NCBI GenBank assembly: GCA_021824065.1
Contig: JAKALU010000004.1
Location: 1 to 59,794 of the forward strand
From: Nitrospirota bacterium
GTDB lineage: Bacteria; Nitrospirota; Thermodesulfovibrionia; Thermodesulfovibrionales; UBA1546
Length of the DNA: 59,794 bases
Reading direction: 5' to 3'
Position numbers and translations under genes: made by a program. Positions 44,045 to 55,064 of this stretch are shown piece by piece. Position 1 is the first letter of the stretch; each line of letters opens with the position of its first letter. The notes below the pieces were generated by a model. It was not told where the DNA came from. It ran no database searches and saw nothing but the letters and a program-made list of their open reading frames with translations.

Positions 44045-44866
44045 CTACCTCCTCGGCTTTTCTTTCAGCAGATCAAGGAAACTCTGTATCGTAGTCAATT
44101 TCCTCTCTGATTGGGTATATAGTCTTGAGGAAAAAATAGCAGTGGCAGCATGTCCAGCGAGAAGATTAAAAAGCTCATAGTCAACATTTGAAAATTTTTC
44201 TTTCTGTATCAGCAATGAATATATAGAGATAACACCTATTACGTGCTCCTTGATCTTTAGAGGTATGCAGACTATAGGCCGGTCATCAGGGGCACTGCCT
44301 TCTCTGTGTGTATTCTCTGAAAAATAACTCTCGCCTTCTTTTGCAACAGTTCCTATGATGCCTTCACCAAATCTGACTTTCGGGACATCTGCTATAGACA
44401 TGCCTTCTGTTGCAACAGGCACGAGCTCGTTCGTCTTATCTTCCATGAGGAGTACTGCAAATTTTTCGGCGCCTATGAGATTTATAATTATCTCGAGAAC
44501 TATCTTCAGGACCTCATTGAAATCCAGGGTTGAATGTAGCTGGTAGCTCGCCACATATAGATTGGCAAGGTTGTTGTTTTCTTCCTCCACCTCTATATAT
44601 TTTACTGCAAAATCCTTATTCTCCTCTTCAACCTGTTTATATCTCTCCTTGAGTGAATTCAGTTCGTCTTCTACCGTCTTTATTCTATCTTCATAAAGTT
44701 TTATTCTTGCTTCATCTCCGGAACGCTCTATGGTCTCCTCGAGCTGGGCAATTCTGAACCGCAATTTCTCATTCTCTTTGAGTAGTTCCTGTGTAAACTC
44801 TTCTCCCTTTTTAAATATCTGGAGAAATTCATCAGCCTTTTTTGTAATGTTTTTCTCTCTTTCCAT
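44045..44866 (-). CDS. Coiled-coil + GAF domain protein
   Basis: About 100-aa coiled coil, then GAF (LHSTLDF, GEGIIGTV, LFNLLAGHAA). No output domain. Confidence 0.8.
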   Translation of the reverse strand: MEREKNITKKADEFLQIFKKGEEFTQELLKENEKLRFRIAQLEETIERSGDEARIKLYEDRIKTVEDELNSLKERYKQVEEENKDFAVKYIEVEEENNNLANLYVASYQLHSTLDFNEVLKIVLEIIINLIGAEKFAVLLMEDKTNELVPVATEGMSIADVPKVRFGEGIIGTVAKEGESYFSENTHREGSAPDDRPIVCIPLKIKEHVIGVISIYSLLIQKEKFSNVDYELFNLLAGHAATAIFSSRLYTQSERKLTTIQSFLDLLKEKPRR

Positions 44867-45930
44867 TAATCCTGTCCTCTTTTAACAATTTTTATCAATT
44901 CCATAGGTATCTCAGGGAGTGGAAGCACCCTGTCCACTACCCCTGTATTTATAACCTCAGCAGGCATACCAAAAACCACAGCGGTCTCTTCCGACTCAGC
45001 TATAGTATAACCACCTCTTGATTTAATTTCCAGTATCCCCTTTTTGCCGTCATTGCCCATACCTGTAAGAACAACACCCATAGTTTTACTGCCATAATGC
45101 TCGGCAGCAGAAGTCATCATAGTATCAACCGAAGGCACATATTTATCTTCAATGGTTGCCTCTTTAAGCAGAACATGACATTTCTGCCCCTTTTTCCTGA
45201 GCGCTATGTGATAACCGCCTGGACATATCAATACCTTACCTTCCTCAACGATATCGCCATTCTCTGCCTCTTTTATCTTTACCTCTGAAAGCTTGTCAAG
45301 CCTTTCAGCCAGAGGGCCTGTAAAGCCTTTCGGCATGTGCTGACTTATAAGAACTGCAGCAGAAAAATCAGACGGGAGCCGTGTGAGGATTATCTGGAGC
45401 GCTGCAGGTCCCCCGGTTGATGCGCCTATGGCCACGACATCTATATCGCCTATCGACGGTTCCATTGCAGGTGTGCCCTCATGGCCGGCGCTTAGGAGCT
45501 GAAGGTTCTTACTTAATCTGTCCATCCTGAGGTTCTTTGTCCCTCTTACCTTCCTGAGCAGGTCTTTTTCTATGCCCTGAAGCTCAGCAGATGCCCTTTT
45601 TGTCGGCTTTGCAATAAAATCAACAGCACCTAATTCGAGGGCTTTAAATACTGTTTTTGTGTCGGAGTAAGAGCTGACCATTATTACCGGCGTAGGCCTC
45701 TCTTTCATGAGCCATCTCAAGAAACTAAACCCGTCCATCTGGGGCATCTCAAAGTCAAGCGTAATCAGGTCAGGTTTAAGTCTCAATGTCTTTGCCATTG
45801 CATCTATGCCGTCAGATGCTATGCCTATAACTATAATATTCGGATCTGTCTCGAGCATCTTCTTTATTGTCTGTCTGCTATAGGCAGAATCATCAACGAC
45901 AAGGACTTTTATCTTTGAATCAGTCATCAT
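44866..45930 (-). CDS. cheB: Chemotaxis methylesterase CheB (REC + esterase)
   Basis: VVDDS, IGASTGGP, QHMP, PSVD, LTGMGNDG. Confidence 0.95.
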   Translation of the reverse strand: MMTDSKIKVLVVDDSAYSRQTIKKMLETDPNIIVIGIASDGIDAMAKTLRLKPDLITLDFEMPQMDGFSFLRWLMKERPTPVIMVSSYSDTKTVFKALELGAVDFIAKPTKRASAELQGIEKDLLRKVRGTKNLRMDRLSKNLQLLSAGHEGTPAMEPSIGDIDVVAIGASTGGPAALQIILTRLPSDFSAAVLISQHMPKGFTGPLAERLDKLSEVKIKEAENGDIVEEGKVLICPGGYHIALRKKGQKCHVLLKEATIEDKYVPSVDTMMTSAAEHYGSKTMGVVLTGMGNDGKKGILEIKSRGGYTIAESEETAVVFGMPAEVINTGVVDRVLPLPEIPMELIKIVKRGQD

Positions 45931-45932
45931 AA

Positions 45933-46838
45933 TTATGTTTTATTTCCCCATACCATCTTAACGAGACTGTCAGACGACATTGACATCGTAAGCTTCGGAG
46001 GTTTCTGATAAACCATATCATTTTTAAAATGCTTCAGTGTAAAGTCGGTAGAGACATTCATGAGGGATTCCGCATGACCGAGCAGCAGGTACCCTCCATT
46101 TACAAGCCTCTCATAAAAATTCCTGATTACTTTTTTCCTTGCCTCCTGGTTAAAATAGATTAATACATTTCTGCATAATACTACATCCATATTCCCGACA
46201 AATTTAATCTTGAAGGGATCGAGAAGATTGAGGCAGCTGAAATTTACAAGCTGTTTCACATTGTCGTTTATCCTGTATAAATTGTTTTCGTGTGAGAAAT
46301 ATTTCTCGATAAAATGTTCCTCCGTAGTCCTGAACGAATTCTTTCTGTATATGCCCCGTCTGGCATGCTGCAGCACTCTCTGATTTATATCGCTTCCGAG
46401 TATCTCGATATCCCAGCCGAAAAAATAGCCCTGCTCCAGGATTAACATTGCGATCGTATAAGGTTCTTCTCCTGTGGAACATCCTGCAGACCATATCCTT
46501 ATTTTTCTCGTGTCTCTATTTGTATTTTTAAGCTCGGGCAGTATCTCTTCGCTTAATGTCTTTAGCTGACTCATTTCCCTGAAAAAATAAGTCTCATTGA
46601 CGGTGAGAACATCTATAATAAATGAGAGTTCTTCGTCTTTTCGCTTATCATATAACAAGAGCCTGTAGTAATCTCTGAAATCGTTCAAATGATGACTCTT
46701 TACTCTTTTGGACAGTCTTCTCTCTATAAGGTATTTTGAGTTATCATCAAAATAGAGGCCGCAGTAATCTTTTATGAGGTCTCTCAGGAGTCTGAATACA
46801 TCATCTGATAACGGGACTGTTTCTTCTCTCTCAATCAT
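45933..46838 (-). CDS. cheR: Chemotaxis methyltransferase CheR
   Basis: NETYFFRE, WSAGCSTGEEPYT, CRNVLIYF, LLGHAES. Start placed at ATG 46838. Confidence 0.95.
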   Translation of the reverse strand: MIEREETVPLSDDVFRLLRDLIKDYCGLYFDDNSKYLIERRLSKRVKSHHLNDFRDYYRLLLYDKRKDEELSFIIDVLTVNETYFFREMSQLKTLSEEILPELKNTNRDTRKIRIWSAGCSTGEEPYTIAMLILEQGYFFGWDIEILGSDINQRVLQHARRGIYRKNSFRTTEEHFIEKYFSHENNLYRINDNVKQLVNFSCLNLLDPFKIKFVGNMDVVLCRNVLIYFNQEARKKVIRNFYERLVNGGYLLLGHAESLMNVSTDFTLKHFKNDMVYQKPPKLTMSMSSDSLVKMVWGNKT

Positions 46839-48804
46839 TGAGACTCTCCTCAATAGCCTTTCTTACGATAGGGTCGTCCTCTTTATCGAGCAGCCTTTCA
46901 AGCTCCACCTTCACGTTGCCCGCTGCCCTTGTACCGAGAACTTCAACAGCTGCAATCCTTGTAGCCCAGTCATCATCGTTCAGATACGGCAGAAGTTTAT
47001 CCTCTATACCCTCAAATGGCGCAAGGGCTTTTATGGAAGTTCTTTTTATCTCTTTATCTTCTGAGAAAAGCATATTTATCAATGCATCCCTTGCACTTTC
47101 ACCGCCTATCTTGCTCAGGGACTCTATAGCAGCAGTCACAACAAACCCGTTCGGGTCTGAAAGCACCCTGATAAGATTCCCTGCTGTATTTTTTTCGCCT
47201 AATTCACCGAGTGCCTTTACCGCAGCGACTCTGACCGCATCATCGGGATCGGTAAGCAGAAGGACCAGCGATTCTGATACCCCTTTCCCTTTAATCGAAC
47301 CGAGGCTTAATGCTGCGGAAGCCCTTATATCAGGGTTCTCATCTGTGAGTGCAAGCGTGAGATATTTTATAGAATCGTCTGTCTTTATCATGGACAGTGC
47401 TCTAACAACTGCATGTCTTACATTGATATCATCATCTTTTAGTGCAAACCCGATTGCGTGCACAGCCTCAACAGCGCCTATCTCACCAAGCAGTAACACG
47501 AAGTTTTTTCTGAGAACAGGGTTTCTATCGCTGAGTGTTCTGACAAACTCATCAACCGCAAGACCTGCCTTAAGATTAGATAGTGCAATAACTGCAGCCT
47601 CCTGCACATCTTCGTATATATCGGACAGGAGGTTTTTTATTGGAGTTATTGCCCTCATATCTCCTATCCTGGAGAGGCTGAGAGCCGCGAGTCTTCTCAC
47701 ATGGCCGTCATCATCTGTTAGCTGCTTTTCGAACATGTCGTAAAAAGCAGGTGATGCTAATTCGCCGGCAACGCTGCATATGAACCGTTTCTGGTAAGGG
47801 CTTACTGTATCAAAGAGAGGCAGAATAACCTCGGGTTTGTCCTTTCCTATGAAAACAAGCGCCCTCTTCACATCTTCTGCAAGATCCTCCTCGAGCGAGA
47901 GTTCAAGCAAGGGGGCAAGTGCCCGTTCATCTTTCATAAGACCGAGTAAGAGTATAGCGGAAATCCTTACATCGGGTTTATTGCTCCACGCATGTGATAC
48001 AAGTATATCAATGATGCGGTTACCAAAGAATTTTCTCATTTCCTCTGCAATAAGTTCTTCTCTCACACCGCTGTGATAAAAACTTTTTATTGTCTTTACT
48101 GCCTCTTCCTGTATTGTCTTTGACGAATCTTCGAGAAGGGGAACTATATGCTTAAGTGTTTCAGGCGCGGAAAATCTGCCGAGTGCTTTAAGCACAGGTT
48201 CTCTGAGGGTCTTTATAGAAAGTGTTTTGATGAGTGAAGGGATGGCCCTTCTGTCACCAATTCTTCCGAGTGCGTCAGCAGCAGGGTATGCTGTCCACAA
48301 ATCGCCGCTCTCGAGTATCTCTATAAGTGCATTTACTACTGCCGGCTCGCCTATCTTTCCAAGGTGTTCAACAGCAGATGCCCTGACATTATCGTCCTCG
48401 TCCTTGAGGGCATCGAGCATTAATGGCAGAGACCTTTTATCCTTGAACTCTCCAAGCACATCTATTATGAATTTCCTTACGTCGCGGTTTTGTGTATTAA
48501 ATGCCTCGATTAAAAAAGATGTGGCCTTTTTGTCTAATTTTATAAGTGTTTCTATAGCTGAGTTCCTTGCACCTGCATTGTCATCGAGATAAAGGAGAGC
48601 GATTAATCCTCCGATATATGCCTCAACCGGATATTCTCCGAGCAGGATGTCAACTGCAGTTTTTCTAACCCTCCAGCTAACATCTTTCATTGCCTTAAGA
48701 AGTAATCCAATAGATGTATCTGAAGGGTTGCCCCTTAATCTCTCAACTGCCTCTCTTCTGACTTCTACATCTTCATTATCAAGTAGTTTTTCCAGTTCCT
48801 GCAT
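46831..48804 (-). CDS. HEAT-repeat (PBS lyase-like) protein
   Basis: More than 15 repeats of the L.D.D..VR..A..ALG type. Confidence 0.9.
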   Translation of the reverse strand: MQELEKLLDNEDVEVRREAVERLRGNPSDTSIGLLLKAMKDVSWRVRKTAVDILLGEYPVEAYIGGLIALLYLDDNAGARNSAIETLIKLDKKATSFLIEAFNTQNRDVRKFIIDVLGEFKDKRSLPLMLDALKDEDDNVRASAVEHLGKIGEPAVVNALIEILESGDLWTAYPAADALGRIGDRRAIPSLIKTLSIKTLREPVLKALGRFSAPETLKHIVPLLEDSSKTIQEEAVKTIKSFYHSGVREELIAEEMRKFFGNRIIDILVSHAWSNKPDVRISAILLLGLMKDERALAPLLELSLEEDLAEDVKRALVFIGKDKPEVILPLFDTVSPYQKRFICSVAGELASPAFYDMFEKQLTDDDGHVRRLAALSLSRIGDMRAITPIKNLLSDIYEDVQEAAVIALSNLKAGLAVDEFVRTLSDRNPVLRKNFVLLLGEIGAVEAVHAIGFALKDDDINVRHAVVRALSMIKTDDSIKYLTLALTDENPDIRASAALSLGSIKGKGVSESLVLLLTDPDDAVRVAAVKALGELGEKNTAGNLIRVLSDPNGFVVTAAIESLSKIGGESARDALINMLFSEDKEIKRTSIKALAPFEGIEDKLLPYLNDDDWATRIAAVEVLGTRAAGNVKVELERLLDKEDDPIVRKAIEESLND

Positions 48805-49261
48805 CTTTCTCCTCTATAAGTCCAGCGGATTCCTTGAGTATTATCTTTTCTTCTGATGTAAGAAGCCTGTCAATGTCCAGGAGTATTATTATCCTGTCCT
48901 CTTTCTTACCGAGACCTGTGAGATACTCTGTTTTTAAGCCTTTGAATATGGACGGCGGGGCGATCATCTCTTCAGGGGCAAAGGAGATTATCTCATCTAT
49001 CTCATCTGCAAAAAGACCGATCTTCTCTTTTTCAAGGCGTACTACTATTATACGTCCCTTTTTTGAAGAAGACTGGATACCAAAGCGCAATCTGAGATCA
49101 AGCAGCGGTATCACATCGCCCCTGACATTTATGACACCTGATATGAAATCAGGGAGTTCAGGAAGGGAATGAATCTTCTGTGATTTGAGTATCTCAACAA
49201 CCCTGTTAATGCTAACGCCAAAATCTTCGTTCCCTATCCTGAAGACTGCAAATTTTTCCAT
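48779..49261 (-). CDS. cheW: CheW
   Basis: GVINVRGDVIPLLDLR. Confidence 0.92.
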   Translation of the reverse strand: MEKFAVFRIGNEDFGVSINRVVEILKSQKIHSLPELPDFISGVINVRGDVIPLLDLRLRFGIQSSSKKGRIIVVRLEKEKIGLFADEIDEIISFAPEEMIAPPSIFKGLKTEYLTGLGKKEDRIIILLDIDRLLTSEEKIILKESAGLIEEKDAGTGKTT

Positions 49262-49331
49262 CTCTAATCCCCTGCCTTCGAAGTCAAGATTTAAAATCCA
49301 AAGATAAACCTCTTTCTGGAATTTTAATCTT

Positions 49332-51356
49332 TTAACTTTTTGTTTTAAATGTCTTTATCTCTTTTTTCAGCAGCTCAATTTCATCACGAAGTGTTGTTAA
49401 TGAGAGAGAGACTGCTTCGACATCTCTTATAGAAGCTGCGCCTATAATCTTTATCTGCTCCATGGCAGTCACGATGCTTTCATTAACCTTCTGTTGATTT
49501 GATGATGACTGTCCTATTTGTTTTATCCGGTCATCTGCAAGTTCAAGATTCTTAGATATCATCTTAATGCTCGTAGCTTCTTCTTCTGTGCCCTGTTTAA
49601 CTATGTCAGAAGCATCTTTGACATCGCTGACGCTTTCAAGAAGATAAGATGTTCCCTTCCCATGTTCTTGTGTTGCTTTTGCAATCTGACCCATCATTTT
49701 GCGAATACTCTCTATTGAAAGAGAAATCTGTTTAAGTCCCTTTACCTGCTCCTCTGTTGCCCTCTCAATTGACCGCGCCATATCAGCAGACTGCTCCGAT
49801 GCGTGGAGGGTTTCTCGCAATGCACTCCCGACGTTGTAGACCATTGTACTGCCTTCATTGACCCTGTTCATGCCAGAGTCAATAGCCCTTACTGCCTCTG
49901 CTATCTCTGTCTGTATTGTCTTGACAATAGTGGAGATGTCCCTTGTGGATGACGCTGTCCTGTCACTGAGGGCTCTTATCTCGTCAGCAACAACAGAGAA
50001 GCTTTTCCCGTATTCTCCTGCCTGTGCAGCGAGTATGGCGGCATTCAGACTAAGCAGATTTGTCTGCTCAGTAACATCTTTTATAACAGAAAGGATTTTT
50101 TCGATATCCGCTGACCTTGCACCAAGACGGGTTATTATCTCCGATGAGTGCTTTACCTCATCTGAGATCTTCTCCATACCCTCAACTGCGTCCATAACAG
50201 CCATCATGCCTACCTCAGATGCAATCTCGGTGACCTTTGAGGCAAGCGATGCTGACTCTTTTGCACTATGCTCAACTTCCTTCACCGATGCATTTATCTC
50301 TTCGATAGAAGCTGAGGTATCATCTATTGCAGCAGATGTCTCTTCTGTATTCCCTGCAATTGTTTTAGCAGTCTGGGACATCTCGGCAACTATAGAATAG
50401 GCATCCTCTGCGGCCTTGAATAGCTTGCCTGTGCTTGAAACAATCTCATCTGCTGTTGCCTTCATCTCAAGCAAAGATGTAACATTCTCATTAGAAAAAT
50501 CTATAAGTTTTCCTGTGTCCTCGGTTATCTGTTTCTGTGATGCATTTGCCTGTTTGGTGGAGGCTATTGCAGCATGGGTCGACTCAGCCTGTTTCTGAGT
50601 CCCCTCTATTACATTCTTAAAGGTAAGGTTTAACTGGTCAATAGCCATTGAGACATTTTCTGATGTGGACCTCAGTTTACTGAGAGTGGAAACTAATCCG
50701 TCAATAAGAAATCTGAACCCCCTTGCAATACTCCCGATCTCATTATCCCCGAATTCCTGGATCTCTACAGTCAGGTCCCCTGCTGTTGCCTTTTTTATCT
50801 CTTCATTAAGCATTTCAATGGGCTTTCCAACCTTTTTCTGGAAAAAGAAATATATGGCATATATAACAAAAATGAAAACAAGGATCTGCCCCAGAGGAGA
50901 AATGGTAAGAAGCTTTTTTATGTCCTTGTTAGCCTTCTGACCGCAGTAAACAATCTCGATAATGCCGATGGTCTCTCCGGAAGATTTTATAGGCACGGAG
51001 TAAACATTGATCAAAGGGATATAAAATGGATTAATGCTCTTATGCCTTGTCTCAATCTTAAGTACCCTCTCCCTTAAGACGTTTCCATTCTTATCCGTCA
51101 CCTTAATGGAGAGTATATCTTCATCCTTTGAGAGCACATCAATATATTGGTCAAGATAACTATAGTTATAGCTCAGGATGGCAGTGGTGGTGACATTTGT
51201 AAGCAGGTTGGCGGTTGTTCTTATTTTATCTTTGAGCGACTCTGCGTAATACGCGCTCTGACCATTGACAAACCAAAACCAGAGAGCGCTCTGCCCGAGC
51301 ACAAGGATGAGAAGCACCACAAGTATGAATCTGACTGCAATAGATTTCTTTTTCAC
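49332..51356 (-). CDS. Methyl-accepting chemotaxis protein, long (about 64 heptad) class
   Basis: TM-periplasmic-TM-HAMP; tip [20 protein letters not shown]; about 230 aa from HAMP to tip. Confidence 0.92.
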   Translation of the reverse strand: MKKKSIAVRFILVVLLILVLGQSALWFWFVNGQSAYYAESLKDKIRTTANLLTNVTTTAILSYNYSYLDQYIDVLSKDEDILSIKVTDKNGNVLRERVLKIETRHKSINPFYIPLINVYSVPIKSSGETIGIIEIVYCGQKANKDIKKLLTISPLGQILVFIFVIYAIYFFFQKKVGKPIEMLNEEIKKATAGDLTVEIQEFGDNEIGSIARGFRFLIDGLVSTLSKLRSTSENVSMAIDQLNLTFKNVIEGTQKQAESTHAAIASTKQANASQKQITEDTGKLIDFSNENVTSLLEMKATADEIVSSTGKLFKAAEDAYSIVAEMSQTAKTIAGNTEETSAAIDDTSASIEEINASVKEVEHSAKESASLASKVTEIASEVGMMAVMDAVEGMEKISDEVKHSSEIITRLGARSADIEKILSVIKDVTEQTNLLSLNAAILAAQAGEYGKSFSVVADEIRALSDRTASSTRDISTIVKTIQTEIAEAVRAIDSGMNRVNEGSTMVYNVGSALRETLHASEQSADMARSIERATEEQVKGLKQISLSIESIRKMMGQIAKATQEHGKGTSYLLESVSDVKDASDIVKQGTEEEATSIKMISKNLELADDRIKQIGQSSSNQQKVNESIVTAMEQIKIIGAASIRDVEAVSLSLTTLRDEIELLKKEIKTFKTKS

Positions 51357-51420
51357 TTTACAGTCACCGCCTTGTCCTGAATCATCTTGTAACTCCTTTC
51401 ATGGATGGTGTGTATAAATC

Positions 51421-54273
51421 TCATATCATCCCCAATTTTGACATCATTAATTTTATGTTATCATAATCTTCATCTCTTGCCTCAGCGAAACCAGTATAAC
51501 TTTTAGTTATAGATTTAAGTGCCAGGCTGCCATCTGTTGTTAAATCAGTCAGGGCGGTTAACGCAGACTTTAAGAGAGATACGTCTTCTTTACTCAAAAA
51601 TTTGTTAACACATATATTGAATTCGGGTATGTTCTCCGAGACCTTTAAAAACTTTAACCCCTCGTCTTTGAATTTGTGAGCAGTAGCCTCCATTACAGCG
51701 CCTGCATCGAATTCTCCTTTAAGCACTGCCTTTGCAACGTCATCATGATGCCCGAGGTAGTTATAGTAATTGAGGTCTTTCAGGTCTATACCCGCATCTA
51801 AGAGCATAGCCCTTGGAACAATATGACTTGATGTTGAGTGGAAATCCCCGAATGCAAATGTCTTGCCCTTTAGGTCTCCTAATGAATTAATATTTTTGTC
51901 CTGCCTTGTGATTATCACAGAGTGTTGATAGGGTTTGCCATCCCTCAGCGCCTTTGCAATTACAGCAGTATCATACTTGTTGTGGGCCTCGATGTACGTG
52001 GATGGTGTCATGTAACATAATTGAGTGATGTTCTTCCCTATATCATTTATTGCCTCTTCAAAATCGATTGCCACTTTCAGTTCAACTTTCATTGCAAGCT
52101 TTTTGCTAAGATAATCTGCAAGTGGTGTAAACTTTCTGAACATCTCTGCAGGGGATTCCAGAGGCACAACCCCGAATCTTAATACGCCTTTGGCTTTCTC
52201 TTCGGAAAATTTAAATCTCCCTATCTCTGTATCGATCAACTCTGCATCTTTAAAAAGACCCCTCAATGCATTATTTACATTAAAAGCGAGGTCGCGATTT
52301 CCTTTTGGAATCTCCTTAATTTTTTCTATGGAATTCCATATCTGGTTTGAACCTATCTTCTGTTCGTAAATTGCCCTTGAAATCTGCTGGCTCTTGTCAG
52401 AGACTACCTCGATTGCCTGTGATATATGTTTGCTGTTAACTGCCTGTTCTCCTGTCGCTGTCTTGACCTGCTGGGATATGTCCCTCATCTTTTCTGTTGC
52501 ACTCATGATCAAGGTTATGCCTTTTGATTGCTCTGACGTTGCTTTGGCAATCAGTCCCGTCATATTTTTGATGCGTTCCATTGCCTCTGAGACAAGCCTT
52601 ATTGCCTTTGCCTGTTCTCCTGTAGAGCGTTCTATAGAGAATGCCATCTCGGAGGATTTTTTAGAACTGTCCAGAATCTTTTTTAACGCATCAGATGCCT
52701 CTTTTGAAAGTTTTAATCCTTCCTCGACAGACCTCAGCCCGTCCCCCATCGCATGAACAGCTCCTTTTACCTCCTGTTGAACGGACTGTATAAGAGAGCC
52801 TATCTCCTGAGTTGAGAATGCTGTTCTCTCTGCAAGGTCCTTAATTTCATCGGCGACAACCGAAAATCCTTTGCCATGCTCTCCTGCCTGTGCTGCAAGT
52901 ATGGCTGCATTCAGGGCAAGAAGGGTTGTCTGATCTGTAATCTCATCTATTACATTAAGTATCTTCCCTATCTCCTCTGACCTGCCGCCGAGTTTCTTTA
53001 TAAAGTCATTTGTCTTCTCAACGGAAGACTTTATATTCTTCATCCCATCCATGGTTTTTTCTATGGAGGTCATGCCAAATGTTGATGCATCATTCATAAC
53101 CTTTTCAGATAGCTTTGCTGATTCCTTTGCATTCAGTTCAACCTCTTTTACAGAGGATGTTATCTCCTCTACAGCAGACAACGTTTCTTCCGTAGCTATT
53201 GAAAGGTTATCAGCATTTTTTGCAACCTCTTTTATCGTAGCAGAAAGCTCTTCAATAGAGGATGATGTTGCCTCAACAGATGAGGAGAGGTCATGGGTGC
53301 TGTTTGTTACCTGTCCTATGCTTGTAGCAATCTGATCCATCGAGGCTGCTGTCTCCTCTGCCGATGCAGCGAGTCCCTCTGTGCTTTCAGTAATCTCTGA
53401 AATGGCAGCATTCAGTTCCTCAACCGAACTCGAGATATCCGCTACAGCCTCTGCCTCAAGCTGGGTGCCGTCCACCACCTTTTTTGAGTCCTTCTCGACA
53501 TTTCCAACAACACGTGAGATTCTTATCGAGACATCTTTAATCCTCTGGAGTATTCTTCCTAAGGAACCGATAGAATCTTTTATAGACTGGCTGAGCCGGG
53601 CGATCTCATCCCTGCTTTTTACAGTTATGTCAAATGACAGGTCACCCTCTGCCAGTTTCGATGCCGCTGATTCTATTGTCTTGATAGGCAATATAACCAT
53701 CTTCCTGAGCATGAACCACAGCACAAAACTGAAACCGAAAGAACCGATAATAGTCACCATGATTACAGTTATTATTGATTTCTGAGCCTTATTGTATTCC
53801 TTCTCAATGGATAGGGAGACTTTAACAGCGCCGAGAATGGCTCCCTCCTGGACATGACAGCCCTTGCATAAAGAGGCATTTTCAAGGGGTTTGTAAAGAA
53901 CGAACCTCTTTGCATCCTTTATTGTAATAGGCATGTTTGTGCTTATTATCTTTTTTATCGAAGCAGCTTCATCTTTTGGTGCATCCTTTTTGAACGCCTC
54001 CCTGCCCTCAAAGTTTATTACACGAACATCCTCTATCCCGCCAGTTCCCCGCATGCCTTCTATAAGTGTTTTTGTGAGGTCGGGTCTATTTTCGATCATC
54101 GTACGCTCAATATTCTTTGTGACAATTGTCGCTGTGGTACTTGAATTTTCTTCAGTGATGCCATATAGAGTCGATTTTTCTATAAGCATAGTCATAACGC
54201 CTGCTAAAACAACGCCGATAAGGAGCATGGTTAAAACAGTAATAATTATCTTAAACTCAAGCTTTTCTCTCAT
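51421..54273 (-). CDS. MCP with a periplasmic haem-c motif, about 64H signalling domain and C-terminal PhnD-like binding domain
   Basis: CKGCH between TM1 and TM2; HAMP; tip [15 protein letters not shown]; then [29 protein letters not shown]. Start placed at ATG 54273. Confidence 0.9.
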   Translation of the reverse strand: MREKLEFKIIITVLTMLLIGVVLAGVMTMLIEKSTLYGITEENSSTTATIVTKNIERTMIENRPDLTKTLIEGMRGTGGIEDVRVINFEGREAFKKDAPKDEAASIKKIISTNMPITIKDAKRFVLYKPLENASLCKGCHVQEGAILGAVKVSLSIEKEYNKAQKSIITVIMVTIIGSFGFSFVLWFMLRKMVILPIKTIESAASKLAEGDLSFDITVKSRDEIARLSQSIKDSIGSLGRILQRIKDVSIRISRVVGNVEKDSKKVVDGTQLEAEAVADISSSVEELNAAISEITESTEGLAASAEETAASMDQIATSIGQVTNSTHDLSSSVEATSSSIEELSATIKEVAKNADNLSIATEETLSAVEEITSSVKEVELNAKESAKLSEKVMNDASTFGMTSIEKTMDGMKNIKSSVEKTNDFIKKLGGRSEEIGKILNVIDEITDQTTLLALNAAILAAQAGEHGKGFSVVADEIKDLAERTAFSTQEIGSLIQSVQQEVKGAVHAMGDGLRSVEEGLKLSKEASDALKKILDSSKKSSEMAFSIERSTGEQAKAIRLVSEAMERIKNMTGLIAKATSEQSKGITLIMSATEKMRDISQQVKTATGEQAVNSKHISQAIEVVSDKSQQISRAIYEQKIGSNQIWNSIEKIKEIPKGNRDLAFNVNNALRGLFKDAELIDTEIGRFKFSEEKAKGVLRFGVVPLESPAEMFRKFTPLADYLSKKLAMKVELKVAIDFEEAINDIGKNITQLCYMTPSTYIEAHNKYDTAVIAKALRDGKPYQHSVIITRQDKNINSLGDLKGKTFAFGDFHSTSSHIVPRAMLLDAGIDLKDLNYYNYLGHHDDVAKAVLKGEFDAGAVMEATAHKFKDEGLKFLKVSENIPEFNICVNKFLSKEDVSLLKSALTALTDLTTDGSLALKSITKSYTGFAEARDEDYDNIKLMMSKLGMI

Positions 54274-54338
54274 AGAGCCTCCCTCCAATAAATTCAAACT
54301 GCAAAATTAAAGATTCAAAATAAAGGAATTCCATATTT

Positions 54339-55064
54339 TTATTCTTTTAATTTTAGATTTATATTTGATACCTCCTCTATTCGAATGACGGAGATAAATC
54401 TGCTGTTATGAAGAACAACTCCTTCAATAAATATTAACTCAGCTTCTGAAAGGTGGGCAGGTGGCTCAACAATCTCTGATGGCGAGATGCGGATAACGCT
54501 ATTTACCTTATCTATTACAGCTCCGAAAGGTCCTTTTGAACCTTTTAGAATCAGTATCTTTTTGCGAGATTCGTCTATCTCCTCCCTGCTTTTAATCGAT
54601 AATCTCTTTTTCAGGTCTGTCACAGGTATTATCTTACCTCTCAAGGAGGTGATTCCGAGGATATAATCAGGCACCTTTGGAACCACCGTGATTCGCTGGA
54701 ATCTCAGTATCTCTTCAATATCATTAACCCTGAAGGCAAACTCTTCGGTAGACAGGCGGAATGTTAAAAGTTCAATTATATCAGTGAATATCTCTTCGGG
54801 TTTTGCAGCCTTTGCAGCGGTATCCGGAATACTCTCTTTTTTGACAGTCGGAGCACCGAAAGTTTCCTGAGAAACTATCTCAGGTCTGTCTTCTGATTTC
54901 TCGCCTGTGATTTCTGCACTCTGTGTTCTGACACCTGTCTCTTCTACGGGTTTCTCTTCGCCTTTACGAGACTCTGATTCTTGAGGAGTTGTAGCTTCAG
55001 GCGTTCCTTCCGCAGTCTTCTCCTTCTCCTCCTTAATCTTTTTCCTAATTTTCGCTATATCCAT
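54339..55064 (-). CDS. cheW: CheW with an N-terminal acidic low-complexity extension
   Basis: About 95-aa E/K/T-rich N-terminus, then GITSLRGKIIPVTDL. Confidence 0.88.
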   Translation of the reverse strand: MDIAKIRKKIKEEKEKTAEGTPEATTPQESESRKGEEKPVEETGVRTQSAEITGEKSEDRPEIVSQETFGAPTVKKESIPDTAAKAAKPEEIFTDIIELLTFRLSTEEFAFRVNDIEEILRFQRITVVPKVPDYILGITSLRGKIIPVTDLKKRLSIKSREEIDESRKKILILKGSKGPFGAVIDKVNSVIRISPSEIVEPPAHLSEAELIFIEGVVLHNSRFISVIRIEEVSNINLKLKE

